A DNA stretch of 21,619 bases from Ancylonema sp. Its lineage: Eukaryota. How positions within the stretch are numbered: position 1 is the stretch's first letter; the number at the start of each line of letters is the position of its first letter. Location of the stretch: contig JBFLGF010000092.1 of assembly GCA_050230475.1 (NCBI GenBank), positions 62,001-83,619 on the forward strand, in the 5' to 3' direction. Shown piece by piece: positions 1 to 11,269 of this stretch. The translations under genes and the position numbers were made by a program. Below the pieces are notes generated by a model that was given only the letters and a program-made list of their open reading frames with translations, ran no database searches and was not told the DNA's origin.

Positions 1-321
1 TCACACTGTGGGGGGGCTAACCACACCGTCGCACAATGCAGGAAAGCCAAGAGAGCCAGTCAAAATCTCACCATTCATGTTGATGCTTCACCCCGTGCAG
101 GTGCAACCATAACCGAGTGGGATAGCCGTGAGCCACCAACTTCGTACATGCATCGTCCCATCACCTCATCTCTGACCTACCTCGAGAACCGGGCGAAACA
201 AAGCACCAATCTCACCCCTAGTGAGACACACAAGGTACTTTACCCCGATCTCCCGGCTCATTATATGATGGCACCACGTCGCTTACCCAGAGTTGCAGCC
301 ATTGTAGACAAGGAAGGATAG
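1..321 (+). pseudogene. C-terminal gag fragment with CX2CX4HX4C zinc knuckle (first Cys just outside window)
   Basis: Frame +1 from base 1 reads SHCGGANHTVAQCRKAK... and is open to a TAG at 319-321. Confidence 0.7.
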
Positions 322-659
322 AGAAAGGAACGAAGGAAAAAGAGTGCTAGAGTCGTTGTCGATGTCAGTACACCTATGCATTCGGCAAATCAGGGCTCAC
401 CTAGTGACGGTGAAAAACAACAGACTAAGGAACGGTCTCCTTCACCTACTAGAGATCCAGACACTCCAATTTACCAAGATGCTCAGTCAGAACCAGGGGA
501 GTACCCCACTCCTCACCCTGAAACATTGTTGGAAACCGTTGCTTAGAGAAGGAGAAGACTATGGTCGACGACAAGGATACAACACCAAAATGCCTGATTC
601 TTCCGAACCACATTTTTCTTTGCAACTTGAACCCGGTACTACCAATCTGGAGCACATGA

Positions 660-2135
660 ATGATTCAAATGTGCCACCACCCTTACCCTTGGCTAAAGAA
701 CGGAGTCAGCACTCCAGGAGGCAGCCGATCTGGTGAACTTCATGCAAGACCCTGCAAACGCCCGTCTTCAACCAACCCCGTCTTCCTCAAAGACTCAGCC
801 CGTCTACCTGCTCACCACAACCGGCTGGCGAAGCATTATGGCATCACCATGTCGCCTAACCGACGAGGTGTTCTCCTCGTAGGCGATGTGAAACCCGTGG
901 AGAATGTGTTGGACACTGGTGCCAAAGAAACCATGATTGGCGCCAACCTCACCAAACTCCTCCAACTCTCACCTCCTAACTTGCACCTCGGAGCACCATA
1001 CATCACGGCGTCACGAAAGATAGAGTTAAGTGTGGGGAGTACCAAGGAGAAGAGTCCCATCACCAGTGGTGAAGGCACTGCTCACCCTTGCACTGTACAT
1101 CGTCACCTCCATCTGTCCCCATCGACGGAGTTCGACATCATCCTTAGCAACTCAATTATTTGTCCGATGGGAGGATACCCTGATTCGTGGACCGAGACAT
1201 ACATGTATCGACCAGACGTCCGGACGGGAGGGCATTGTTTGGCAGGCGTCCCTATTGCCATTCACGAGACTCACGACACTCCGGCGATTTACATGGCGCG
1301 CAAGAAGCAGTTTGCCTCTTGGCTCCAACCGTCAAGGACTTCGGAGTCAGCATACAACACTACACCAACAAAAGCAGAGGACGAGTGCGTCTTCGATGAC
1401 GACGATGTCACGGTGGTTCCCACCGTCGATCCCACACCAATTCCTCTGGTGGATCCTCCAACACCTGAGAATATGGGTTTGGTCATTCCCGCACCCTTGG
1501 TAACCACCATTGTTGCACCCATGTCACCACCTCCTGGCGTGGGACCCGACTTCATCACCCCGGTGTCATCACCAGCACCTCGTTTCTCACCCTTGACTTC
1601 ACCTCTCTCGGAATACAATGGACCACCTCGATCTGCCCTTAGTCGAGAGTTCGATTCGTACTTTCGAGACACTCCCCAGAAACCACGTTCATCGACAGGT
1701 ACACATTGCAAGGCAAATTGTACCACCTCACTGAAACACGGTTATTCACCACGGAATTTGAGTGCAGGTCGTTCTCTCCGCTCACCCGTGTTCCCGACAT
1801 CACCATTGCATACGGCGATAGCACCCTCGCAACCAAAGGGTAAGTTATCACCCAAATGCAACTCTTTGCAAGAAACCATCGATGACACGATAGCGGCACC
1901 ATTTGCAGAAATTGGTGCACCTCCTTCCCCACCCCTTACCACCACACCATCGCCAGTCGGAGGTACACTTTTACCACCCATCGATGCACCGCAAATAAAG
2001 CCAGCACCAATGTACATGTACTTATCTGGTAGTGTCGATGCAGATTCGGTACCCCGAGACACGGTGCGATCGAAATCTGAGGAGGGACCATTACAAGCAC
2101 CCTTGTCATCTCAGAACCTTGGCAAAGGACAATAG
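660..2135 (+). pseudogene. Retropepsin-like aspartic protease domain followed by a Pro/Ser/Thr-rich linker
   Basis: VLDTGAKETMIG catalytic motif and a downstream FDIILSN flap/helix motif (hydrophobic-LG-like). Alignable by eye over ~130 aa with the - strand ORF 12783..13250. Confidence 0.75.
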
Positions 2136-3225
2136 ACAAACCATCGAAAAGCTTCAACTTGACCTGCTTAACCTCACGGCATTGGGTGACCACCTTCACA
2201 TCGATCGATACGTCGACACCATGTTGCAATGGTTCAACCCGGACATCGAGCTCACCCCGATTGAGCAACTCTACTTTATCCTCACCAGTCCATTTCATGA
2301 GCCTCACCACATGACCCTGCCATCGATCGAAGTCATTCGAACTCAGGCTACCTCGGATCGAGTGAAGAGGGAGAACGCGGACAAAGATAAGCTCACCGTT
2401 GAACTCCGTGCTCTACTTCGGCGGGAGTGGGAGGCAGAGAGGGAAGCCGATCGTATCCAAGCTGCCGAGGACACTACGCCAGTGGACGAACCAACGGTCG
2501 ACAACGTGGACGCAAAATTGCTAGCGGGCCGTCAACGTGAAACCGACAACCTGGCTGACGATCTGCAACAAGCCAACCACACCATCTTCAACCAGGCTGC
2601 AGCATTGCGGGCGAAGGAAGACGCCATCGCAGTCTACCAAGCGGAGAAAAAGAAGGGCAAAAAAAAAGCGGACCCTGTCGTGAAGCTGGAACTTTCGGAC
2701 TCTGACTCCGACGACAACGTGAAGAATGTTCCACCTGCGGGATACAAGCATCGAACCACGGTCACCATCGGAGAGCGCAAACCAGTCCGGAGTCCACGCG
2801 CGGAGTTGCAGCGTCCTATACATCGACAAAGGACGACTCCCCCAGCCCAAACTCCACCGACGCCCCAGCCCATTCCGGTGTACCAGACTGTTACCCGGCG
2901 TCCCCCACCATCGGCACTCCCCAAGGCCCAACCTTCACTGCCCCCTCTTCTCCCCATCCCTTCCCCACAGCACAATGCAACCCAGTTTGCCCAAGACCAG
3001 GCAGCAGTCAACGCTATGACGACGGCTGCACAACGTCATTTGGCACTCCGTGACTACGACAATTTGCGCGACCCCAGTAAGTTGACGACCTCGCCAGGCA
3101 TCGGGCTCGCTACCGTTAGAAGGTCCCGTTTTGGAACCCCAGAGATCAACATCTCACCGTGCCTGGATATCCTTACCTCATCACCCAACGGGTATTGCCG
3201 GCAACATTTTCACCTCAGCAGTTAG
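2032..3225 (+). pseudogene. Charged, probably coiled-coil region plus Pro-rich region of the element A polyprotein; function unknown
   Basis: 397-aa ORF overlapping both neighbours in a shifted frame, with heptad-like charged stretches, a KKKGKKK basic patch and a Pro-rich tail. Confidence 0.45.
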
Positions 3226-4277
3226 CCGAGGAAACTCGGAGAATCTACACACCCCGTAGCGTGAATGCTATCGCCACCATCCGCGAGGAGCAACTCACCA
3301 TGGGTCAACGATTGCTGCGTTTGGGAAACCACAAGATCATGCAGGACTTCACCCTTTCCCCACCGCGGCTTCACAGGAACGGACGCAAGTTTCAAGGAGC
3401 AAAACCTATGCCAGCCGGCATCGCACCCCTTCATCCGTCCATCCTCAGCAAAGGCGTGCACATCTACGAACCATTTGGAGGATCCGACATCAGCATCTTC
3501 TACCTCCACTTGGAATGTGGCGACTTTGTGGGGACTTACACGACGCAAGTGGAGGGCAAGGCGGACGAACAGGCTGTGTACTTCGCCCTGTAGAAAGCTC
3601 AACGACAATTCCCCGGACAACTCCCCGACAACGCGATCGCAGGCTGCTGCAGTCGTTTGGGGAGCAACATCATTGAAGAAACGGCAGAACCAGCCTTGAG
3701 GCGCCTCATCAACGAGCGTGGCCAAATCGACATTGGGGGGGGGAATTGGAACAGGGAAACGGAGGTCACCTTTAGTCCACTTAGGGGGGGCTTCGATCAC
3801 CGTGTGTACCCTTTCCTGGCGTTGCTCAAGGTTCTGCAAAACCTCTCAGACATCCAGGATCACCCTCCTTGTTACATTCTTTTCACCCACAGGTTGTTGG
3901 ATTCACCACCCTGGGTAGCAAAGATGTACCCTTTGGTTACCACTTTCCTTGGACACCCAGCCGTCATCGAGGGAACCGCGGTCAACTCCAACAACCGCCG
4001 ATCAACCCTTGTGTGGCAGAACCACATGCCAACCCGCCTTCTCGAAGCTTGCTTGCCTGGTGAAACCATTGGATGTCAACTTGCAGAAATTTTAGAACCA
4101 GGCCATTTCCCGACACCAGTGCTTGCCAGTGATGTGCAACCCCCGATTGTAAACATTGTTGGGCAACCCCGACGTGCATTCCCGCCAATCAACCCGAACA
4201 CCGACAATTTTGAACTAGTATTAATTTTCGGTATGACATCGCATGCATGGCTGATTTTTCGGGGGCAAACAACATAG
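3159..4277 (+). pseudogene. Cytosine-5 DNA methyltransferase-like domain of the retrotransposon-borne type, with degenerate catalytic motifs
   Basis: ORFs 3159..3593 and 3657..4277 are in one frame, separated by a single TAG (3591-3593). Motif order and spacing fit C5-MTases: I GVHIYEPFGGSD (3453-3488), IV GQIDIGGGNWNRE (3720-3758), VI PPCYILFTH (3864-3890), VIII SNNRRSTLVWQN (3987-4022), then ILEP...VNIVGQPRRAFP. Similarity ends ~4210. Confidence 0.7.
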
Positions 4278-4327
4278 TCTGTCGAAAATTTACGCTTGCA
4301 CCCAGCCTACCCGAGATGCCACGCCAT

Positions 4328-4576
4328 CATAGTTGCGTCCCAAACGCGAGCATCCCGGACGCGTCCGGAGATCCCCGGACGGTCCGGGACGCATCTAAGA
4401 TGCAAAAAAAAAAAAAAGGTTTTCATTCTGAAGTCACACAATTATGGGGTTCCAAAAATATGGATATCAGATTTTGGCCGAGGCGTCCGGGTCCGGGACG
4501 CGTCCGGAACGCGTCCGGGCCCGAACGCGTTCCGGGCGCGTCCGGAGATCCCCACACGGTCCGGGACGCAACTATG
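4328..4576. mobile_element. 249-bp hAT-type MITE
   Basis: Perfect 14-bp TIRs CATAGTTGCGTCCC (4328-4341) / GGGACGCAACTATG (4563-4576); exact 8-bp TSD CACGCCAT (4320-4327 and 4577-4584); many subterminal GCGTCCGG/CCGGGACGC motifs. Confidence 0.9.
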
Positions 4577-4603
4577 CACGCCATCCCTTGAGTATGCAGC
4601 AAT

Positions 4604-5274
4604 CCCTTATGCTGCAGTGTCGCCCATGATACATTTCCCAATGTTTCAGTCTCCTGAACAATCGCTCCCTATGCCTTCCCAAAAAATTACCAGAAACCGA
4701 CCTGAAAATTACCAGAAAATATCCAGCTCAACCCCATCGATGAACTGCCAGCCACCTCACGCCGCCACTCCCGCACTCCATCACCTCCAACTCGCAACAC
4801 CCGCAGTCGACTATCTTACCTACCGGTGCCTACAAACAAAGGTAACAATTTACCTTTACACGCAAGCTACGTATCCAGAGACTGCATATTGAACCACGAA
4901 TTTTCACTTACCATTACAAAAGTCAACGAGTACACCCGGGATCAAGAGGCAGTCGACCGTTACATCGACACGTCGAAGAAACCCCTGGGACTCCAACATT
5001 TCGTGCACCTCTACGATGCTGCCAGATCCAAGGCCACATTCAGAGGAATCAGCAGGGAGACATACATCCGAGCTTCATGGCCAGTGGAGCACACCACAAT
5101 TCGCCACATGATGAGTGTCGACGAAATTGCCCCATCTACAGACGCCAAGATCATCGCTGTCGTAGCAGTACAGCAACAACTAGTGGCACCAGGGTTTGGG
5201 AAGGCATAGGGAGCGATTGTTCAGGAGAGTGAAACATTGGGGAATGTATCATGGGCGACACTACAGCATAAGGG
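4604..5274. mobile_element. Non-autonomous long-TIR (Mutator/foldback-like) element
   Basis: 80-bp inverted repeats 4604-4683 and 5195-5274 with 3 mismatches, around ~510 bp containing a 127-codon ORF. No TSD visible; the right TIR is directly followed by TGTCA, the putative LTR start. Confidence 0.75.
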
Positions 5275-5949
5275 TGTCATGACGCTAGAGATCGCTAAGG
5301 CGAAACCCCTCTAGATTGATCAAAAACCCCTCTAGATTAATACTGTGCTTTAACGAGAGTATGCGACATAACGATTTTCTAGAACTAGTACTTTACAATA
5401 AAAATAGTGAAGTACGAAATTTGTACGACTCGAAAATAACGCGTGGCGTATTTTCCGAAGTCTTGAATCCAGCAGTCTTCAACAAATAGGTGCGTGTCGA
5501 TTTTGATAAAATCACAAGTCCCTTTCGACTTGTCGATAATCCCGGCGATTAAATCCAGCCGTAGAACTAGAGAAATATCTCGCGCCGTTTCATCGGAGCG
5601 CCGAGATTATTTGTAATGTTCTAGAAGCCAGCCTGTCGTTATCTTCGACAATTCAACTCTAGTTCACTCTGCCGGTTAGCACCGCGCAACAACTTTGTGA
5701 TAAAATATAATTTGTACTTTCAGATCTGCCAGCTTCCGCTGTCAGATTGCGCTGTTAAGAAATCCCTTCCGACAATCTTTTGTGTTATCTGAATCCTTGC
5801 AATTCTGTGAATATTGCATCCCTTCGCTTATGCGACTTCGCAACGTGCTCGTCTTTCGTCTCAAGCCTGACATCCGTGAGCCATACGGTAAGTTTGCATC
5901 ATTCTTTGCAATATGTGTGTGTGTGTAATCTGATTCATCTGAATCTGTT

Positions 5950-6178
5950 GCTGACGCTCTTTCTGAGCCAGGTGTGATATCGACTGTAATTTCTTACATC
6001 GATTCGCTGACGCTCTCTCTGAGCCAGCCTGCCAGCAAGCGTGCGTGTGTGTATAAAGCATCTGTCGATTTGTTCGCTCCGAACCTGCAATTTCATTTGT
6101 GTGTGTGTGTTTGCTGTCGCTCGCTCCGAGCCAACATTTATTGTTTACATCTATCTGCTGACGCTCTTTCTGAGCCAG
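5950..6178 (+). repeat. Dispersed 22-bp direct repeats GCTGACGCTCTYTCTGAGCCAG interleaved with (TG)n tracts
   Basis: Copies at 5950-5971, 6006-6027 and 6157-6178; degenerate copies near 6062-6086 and 6113-6134. Confidence 0.8.
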
Positions 6179-6552
6179 CATCTTTTATCGACGCGCCGTC
6201 GATACTTTGCCTTCGCACCGAAAGTAACTCTTACGGCTGTTAACCTTGATATTCTGCACCAGACTATTTTGTTTGCTTTATAGTATTTTCACAGACTTTT
6301 GTACTATAAACCATATGTTAGCTTGCCCTCAGCGTTAAGTAGTGAATTTCACCAGACCGTTGAGACGTGTGATAGATATAATATTGCAGAGACTCAATCT
6401 GCAATACTACTTCAATCCGACCGCGGAAGACCTTGAATTATCAACAATTTAAAGTCAGAAAAGGTAAATTGCCTCCTTTTTTTTTTTTTTTTTTTTAAAA
6501 AGACAATTCTTATTCTACTATTTTGTATTCAATGTGCTCGCAAGAGTAGTGC

Positions 6553-7967
6553 ATGCAGTGGTCACGAGATAGTAGAGGGAGATTGACCAAACTGGAGATA
6601 ACTAAGTATGCTGAAATTGTCGAGCGACCAACTGCACCAGCTGTCGACAATAACTGTCCACGATCACCGGACATTGATATAGTTTATATCGAATCACCAG
6701 CTGCACCAGCCGTTGATCATTATATTCATACTAATATTGACAATTCAGCTGCACATGCTGTCAATATTTCGGCATTCCATTTGCCTACCACTCTTCTCGA
6801 TAACAATTCTACAACCCAAGTAGAATTAAAATTTGAACCCAACAAATTGGCACGTTCTACATCTGAACCAGAACATTCTTTGGAACGCCTACCTACAGGC
6901 TCCATTAACTTAAAACTTGTTTTGATTATTGACACAGACGACCACATCGCCGACACCACAGCACCTCTGGCTAGACTATCGACCATTGTTCCCACTACAA
7001 CGCCACCAAACGCTGCAACAACATCCATTTATCGACACAAGATAAAAGGTGGGACAGACTCTACCGTGGCCAACCCAACGCCATTACCGACATATACTGG
7101 AGAAATTGGTGTCAAACAAGACGAGTTCATCGATAGTTTGAGACACTTAGACCGAACTCAACAACGCGCATTGCGTATGGGGCATGTACAGTGGGACTCA
7201 GTACTTGCAGCAGGTCAGTATATGAAGGCAGAAGCTCATCGAGAATGGCAATAGTTTGTACGTGAGAACCGTGGTACTACTCCTACGGAAGATATTCGAG
7301 ATATGTACCGCGAACATAATTCCAATATCGCATATTATCGTCTGCAAGGTAGATTGGATGGACAGCATGCACCCATTATCGGCAGGGCATCGGCAACAGA
7401 ACCAACGGAACTGGAACTGTTCATCACTACCATTAAAACTCGTTTTCGAACTTCAGCTGCAGAATTTGTCTCTCAGATCGAAACATTTTCAGCACGACCC
7501 AATGACAGCGTTGCAACCACATTTGTACGTTTTAACGAACCAGCAACAATTGTTCAAGAGGCAAGAGTCATGACAAAAGAACAAGTGGCTAGGAGGTATC
7601 TACCACATATTTCTCTACCACTACAGCCCTATATCGACGATTGGCGTTTCCGTGAATCAGAGGAAAGGTACTACAAGAATCCACCAAATCCTTCTATTAC
7701 CAGGAGGAGATTATGGAAATAGCCAACAAGGCTGAATTACTACGTATGAAACAAGACGCTGAGAACCGCGCAGCTGGGATCACTAGATATCCTAAACTAC
7801 CTCCATACACTCCATCTACTCGATACACTGCTCTTAAACCAACAGGTGTATTGACACCACGACAAGATAACAGCATGGAATGCTACAACTGTCATCAGAC
7901 CGGACACCTTTTGCGTGACTGTCCTGCACCAAAGAAACAAAACAACTTCGAGTCATCACGTTACTAG
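6553..7967 (+). pseudogene. gag of element B with CCHC zinc knuckle
   Basis: ORFs 6553..7254 and 7303..7722 share a frame across one TAG; frameshift ~7710; gag-like PLPTYTG and FSARPNDSVATTFVRF; CYNCHQTGHLLRDC at 7881-7922. Confidence 0.8.
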
Positions 7968-8019
7968 TCTGATAAAATTTCAAAAACTAACCAACCCTCA
8001 GGATCACAGTTTAAGGGAG

Positions 8020-9010
8020 GTGGACGGCAGCTCCAAACGGTAAGCCGATGTCCCGATCTGGCCAATCACCGGGAAAGGGCCCAGACGACGGACATCCAAT
8101 TTTGACGAAGGACGGGTGGATCCGACGTGGCGTCGTAACAACCAAACTTACTGGCCTGGGACGAGAATCGGGGCAGATTTGCGTTTCCGATTGGCAGACG
8201 TCTCCATGGCGCGCTGAGATTGGCGGAGCGCCGCGTAGATGACATCGTTAGCGTCGTGGATATTTTTGACGAAATCGTCAGCCGCAGGGGTTGGGGAATC
8301 GGGGGTGGGGGGAAACAGCGACATTCGCGGGTGAAACCCGTAGTTGGCGAAGAACGGGGAGAGGGTGGTGGCGGAATGTTTTGAGTTGTTATAAGCAAAC
8401 TCCGCCATTGGCAAAAGCCTCGCCCAATTAGAGTGCTGGTAGTCGATGTAAATACGCAGGTAGTGCTCCAAGACTGAGTTGAGGCGCTCCGTCTGGCCAT
8501 CCGTCTGCGGGTGGAAAGCAGTAGAGCGGTTGGCATGGATGCCCAGCAACTCCAGCAGCCGACGCCAAAAATGGCGAGTGAAGATGGGATCGCGGTCGCT
8601 GATGAGGCTAGACGGCAACCCGTGCAGGCGCACCACCTGCTGGAGAAACACTGCAGCGACCTCAGGTGCCGCCATGGATTTGGTGGTTGGAATGAAGTGC
8701 GCCTGTTTGGTGAGCTGGTCCACCACCACCAGTATAGCATCATCGTGGTAGTCGCTAGTAGGGAGGTCGGTAATCCAGTCGAGGGACACGCTAGACCAGG
8801 GCTGCTCAGGGATAGGTAGGGGGGATAGGAGGCCATATGGCGCGTGGCGCACGCGCAGACGTCGCATGTGCGCACGTAGTCTTCCACCGCCTTAGACAGT
8901 CCCGACCAGTAAAAATACTAAGCCAGCAGCGCGTGCGTCCGTGCCGTCCCGAAGTGGCTTGCCATAGGCGCATCGTGATACTGCTTTAGAATTTCGAGTA
9001 TGAGGAGAGC
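8020..9010 (-). pseudogene. Gypsy integrase (HHCC zinc finger, DDE core, GPY/F module), truncated
   Basis: YHDAPMASHFG...YVRTCDVC; SLDWITDLP, ISDRDPIF, HPQTDGQTERLN; stop at 8148-8150; LGPFPV motif. Confidence 0.92.
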
Positions 9011-9298
9011 AGCAGTAGGGGGAATTGCCAGGCGCCCGCTCCGGTAAAGTAGGCCCTCACGGAGTGTGTAAAGGGATGATGACCTGCTTGAGGGTGGTCT
9101 CAGGTTTGATTCCTGGGAGCAGGTCTGTTTAGCAAATCCGTAGCAATAGCTTGGAGAGCGGGGTCCGCCAATTGATCCTCCTCCTCCTTGATGGTAGGTA
9201 GGAGTGGGTCAGACGGGGACAGGAGGATAGCTGCAGCGTGTAGAGGGGGAATAGGCAGAAGAGCTGCATCGGGAGAAGGATAGGGTGGGGGGACTCGG

Positions 9299-9783
9299 CT
9301 AGCGGCAAGTAGTCAGGTCTGCGGGGGAGGGCGTCCGGCTTGCCATTGCTGGACCCCTTCCGGTAGACGATAGAGAAATCGTAGGCCGCCAGCGTCTCGG
9401 CCCACCGTGCACATGCCTCCTAGAGGTTGTCCTCGCAGCCTGGAAGTACTCGAGGTTTTTGTGGTCCGTGTAGACCACGATAGGATGCGCTGCACCTTCT
9501 AGGTAGACCCGCCGCTGGCGGAAGGCAGCCACTATCGCCAGCAACTCCTTGTCATATATAGGATAGTTCAATTCCGCAGCGCAAAACTTCCGCGAGTAGT
9601 AGGCGAGGGGGTGGAGCTCGTCGGGGAGAGGACACAACCCAGACCGAAGTCAGAAGCATCTGCTTCGATGGTAAGGGGGAGGGATGGCTGGAAGTGTCGC
9701 AGGACAGGCGCGGTGGTGAATGCCGCCTTGAGTGCGTGGAAGGCTGTCTCCGCATCAGGCGTCCACTCAAACTGTTCACTCAA
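9299..9783 (-). pseudogene. RT connection and RNase H
   Basis: [43 protein letters not shown] and VYTDHKNLEYF, spread over shifted frames. Confidence 0.92.
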
Positions 9784-11150
9784 ACTTGGCTCCCTTGCGG
9801 GTCAGGGAGGTAAGGGGGAAGGCCACCGTAGAGTAGCTAGCAATGAACTTGCGGTAGAAGTTAGCAAAGCCCAAGAAGGACTGCACTTCCTTGACTGACT
9901 GGGGAAGTGGCCAGTCACGGAGAGATGCAACCTTTGCGGGGTCCATTTGCACGCCTGCCGGAGAGATCCGGTAGCCTAGAAAGCTGATCGTGTCCACACG
10001 GAACTCGCATTTCTCCATCTTCGCATACAGTTTGTGCTTCCGTAGGACTGCTAGGACTGCTCGGACGTGGGAGACGTGCTCGTCAGGGGTTTCCGAGTAG
10101 ATGATCATGTCGTCGAGCATGCCTGCTAGGAAGACGTCCAGATACTCCCTAAACACGTCCGTGATAAAGGATTGAAAGGCTGCTGGGGCATTGGTCGGCC
10201 CGAACGGGCAGACCTGATACTCGAAATGCCCGTAACGACAGCGGAACGCGAACTTGTATTCATCCCCCTCCTTAACCCGCAGCTGGTGATAGGCATTTCG
10301 CAGGTCGATTTTAGTGAAGACCTTCGCGCGATGCAGGCGATCCAGCAGCTCAAGTATGAGGGGTAGAGGGCAGCGGTTTTTGACTGTCACCGCATTGAGC
10401 TGCCGATAGTCCACACATAACCGGAGCTTTCTATTTGGCTTCTTAATGAACATAACAGGAGCCCCGCCCGGACTGCTGGACGGCCGTATGAAGCCGTTCG
10501 CCAGGTTGTCCTTGATATACGTTTTGAGCGTAGCTAGCTCACGCTCAAACAAAGAGTAGATCGGCCCCCAGGGGGGTTCCTTGCCAGGCAGGAGGGGGAT
10601 TGCCAAGTCGTATGACGGGTGGGGGGGAAGGGTGTTTGCAGCTTGCTCAGAGAACACGTCTGCGAAGTCGTGGTACTCCGGAGGTAGCGCAACTAACAGG
10701 GCGGGGTCTGGAGAAGTTTGCACAGCGTCCAACACTGCAGGTGGGGGCTGGGGATCGGGAGGGGGACGGGGTGGGGGGATAGAACTGGAGAGCAGGCACT
10801 GAGCAGCACACTGGGGGGTGGTGAGGGACAGGGTGCCCGTCTGCCAGTTGATGGTGGGGTTGTGCTTGTGCAGCCAAGGGAGGGGTTGTGCTTGTGCAGC
10901 CAAGGAAAGCCCAGGACGACTGGGCAGATGGATTTAATGGATTCTGTGTGGTTGCCTGGGGATCTGAGTTGGGCTGGGAAGTAGCAGGTGATGGGGCCAG
11001 CAGCTGGAGGCAATGAGCTCTACCGAAATAGGCTAGGGAATGGGGGTGGGTAGGGAGGTTGTAGTGTGCCAGGATCTGGGGATCGATGAAGTTGCCGGAT
11101 GCCCCGGAGTCGATCAACACCCTGACAGGGATGGGTGGGAGGGGGTACTG
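9776..11150 (-). pseudogene. Gypsy aspartic protease and reverse transcriptase
   Basis: VLIDSGASGNFI (~11090-11125), LGFPWLHKHNP, LRLCVDYRQLN, FTKIDLRNAYHQ, PFGPTNAPAAFQ, MLDD (10109-10120), KCEF, FLGFANFYRKFI. Confidence 0.95.
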
Positions 11151-11269
11151 TAGTAAGTGGCAGGTCAGCAAGAGGTGGCGGGGGTGGGGAAAGGGGGAGG
11201 GTAGGGAAAGGGGACCCGCACGGACCCCTCCTAGGACTGTGTGGGGTGGTCGTTTTTTGGCTACAGATC

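Larger units (their letters stand above)
1..4210 (+). mobile_element. Degenerate retroelement A: gag (CCHC) - aspartic protease - Pro/Ser-rich and coiled-coil linker - DNMT-like domain; 5' end outside window, 3' end cut by later insertions
   Basis: Colinear + strand frames: zinc-knuckle remnant at 1-39, VLDTGA protease motif at 906-923, and a methyltransferase-like domain at ~3450-4190. Interrupted by premature stops and frameshifts near ~2030 and ~3060. No RT or integrase is seen in this segment. Confidence 0.75.
5275..8020 (+). mobile_element. Retroelement B: putative 5' LTR/leader (from TG at 5275, 3' limit uncertain, possibly ...TCAACA 6446) plus gag, truncated at ~8020
   Basis: Abrupt TGTCATGA start at the TIR edge, AT-rich non-coding 1.2 kb with a TATA-like motif (~5701-5710) and repeats, a poly-T tract, then gag frames. 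No second LTR copy in the window. Confidence 0.6.

Noticed and set aside
3159..4277. Active methyltransferase or bacterial restriction-modification system
   Set aside because: Catalytic Cys and ENV are absent, there is a premature stop, it is fused in a retroelement frame and no endonuclease partner is present.
4247..4892. ORFs 4247..4591 and 4296..4892
   Set aside because: They run across MITE and TIR boundaries and are by-products of GC-rich repeats.
5950..6178. CRISPR-like repeat-spacer pattern
   Set aside because: Few copies, irregular spacing, spacers are low-complexity and mutually similar, no cas genes, and the context is a eukaryotic LTR.
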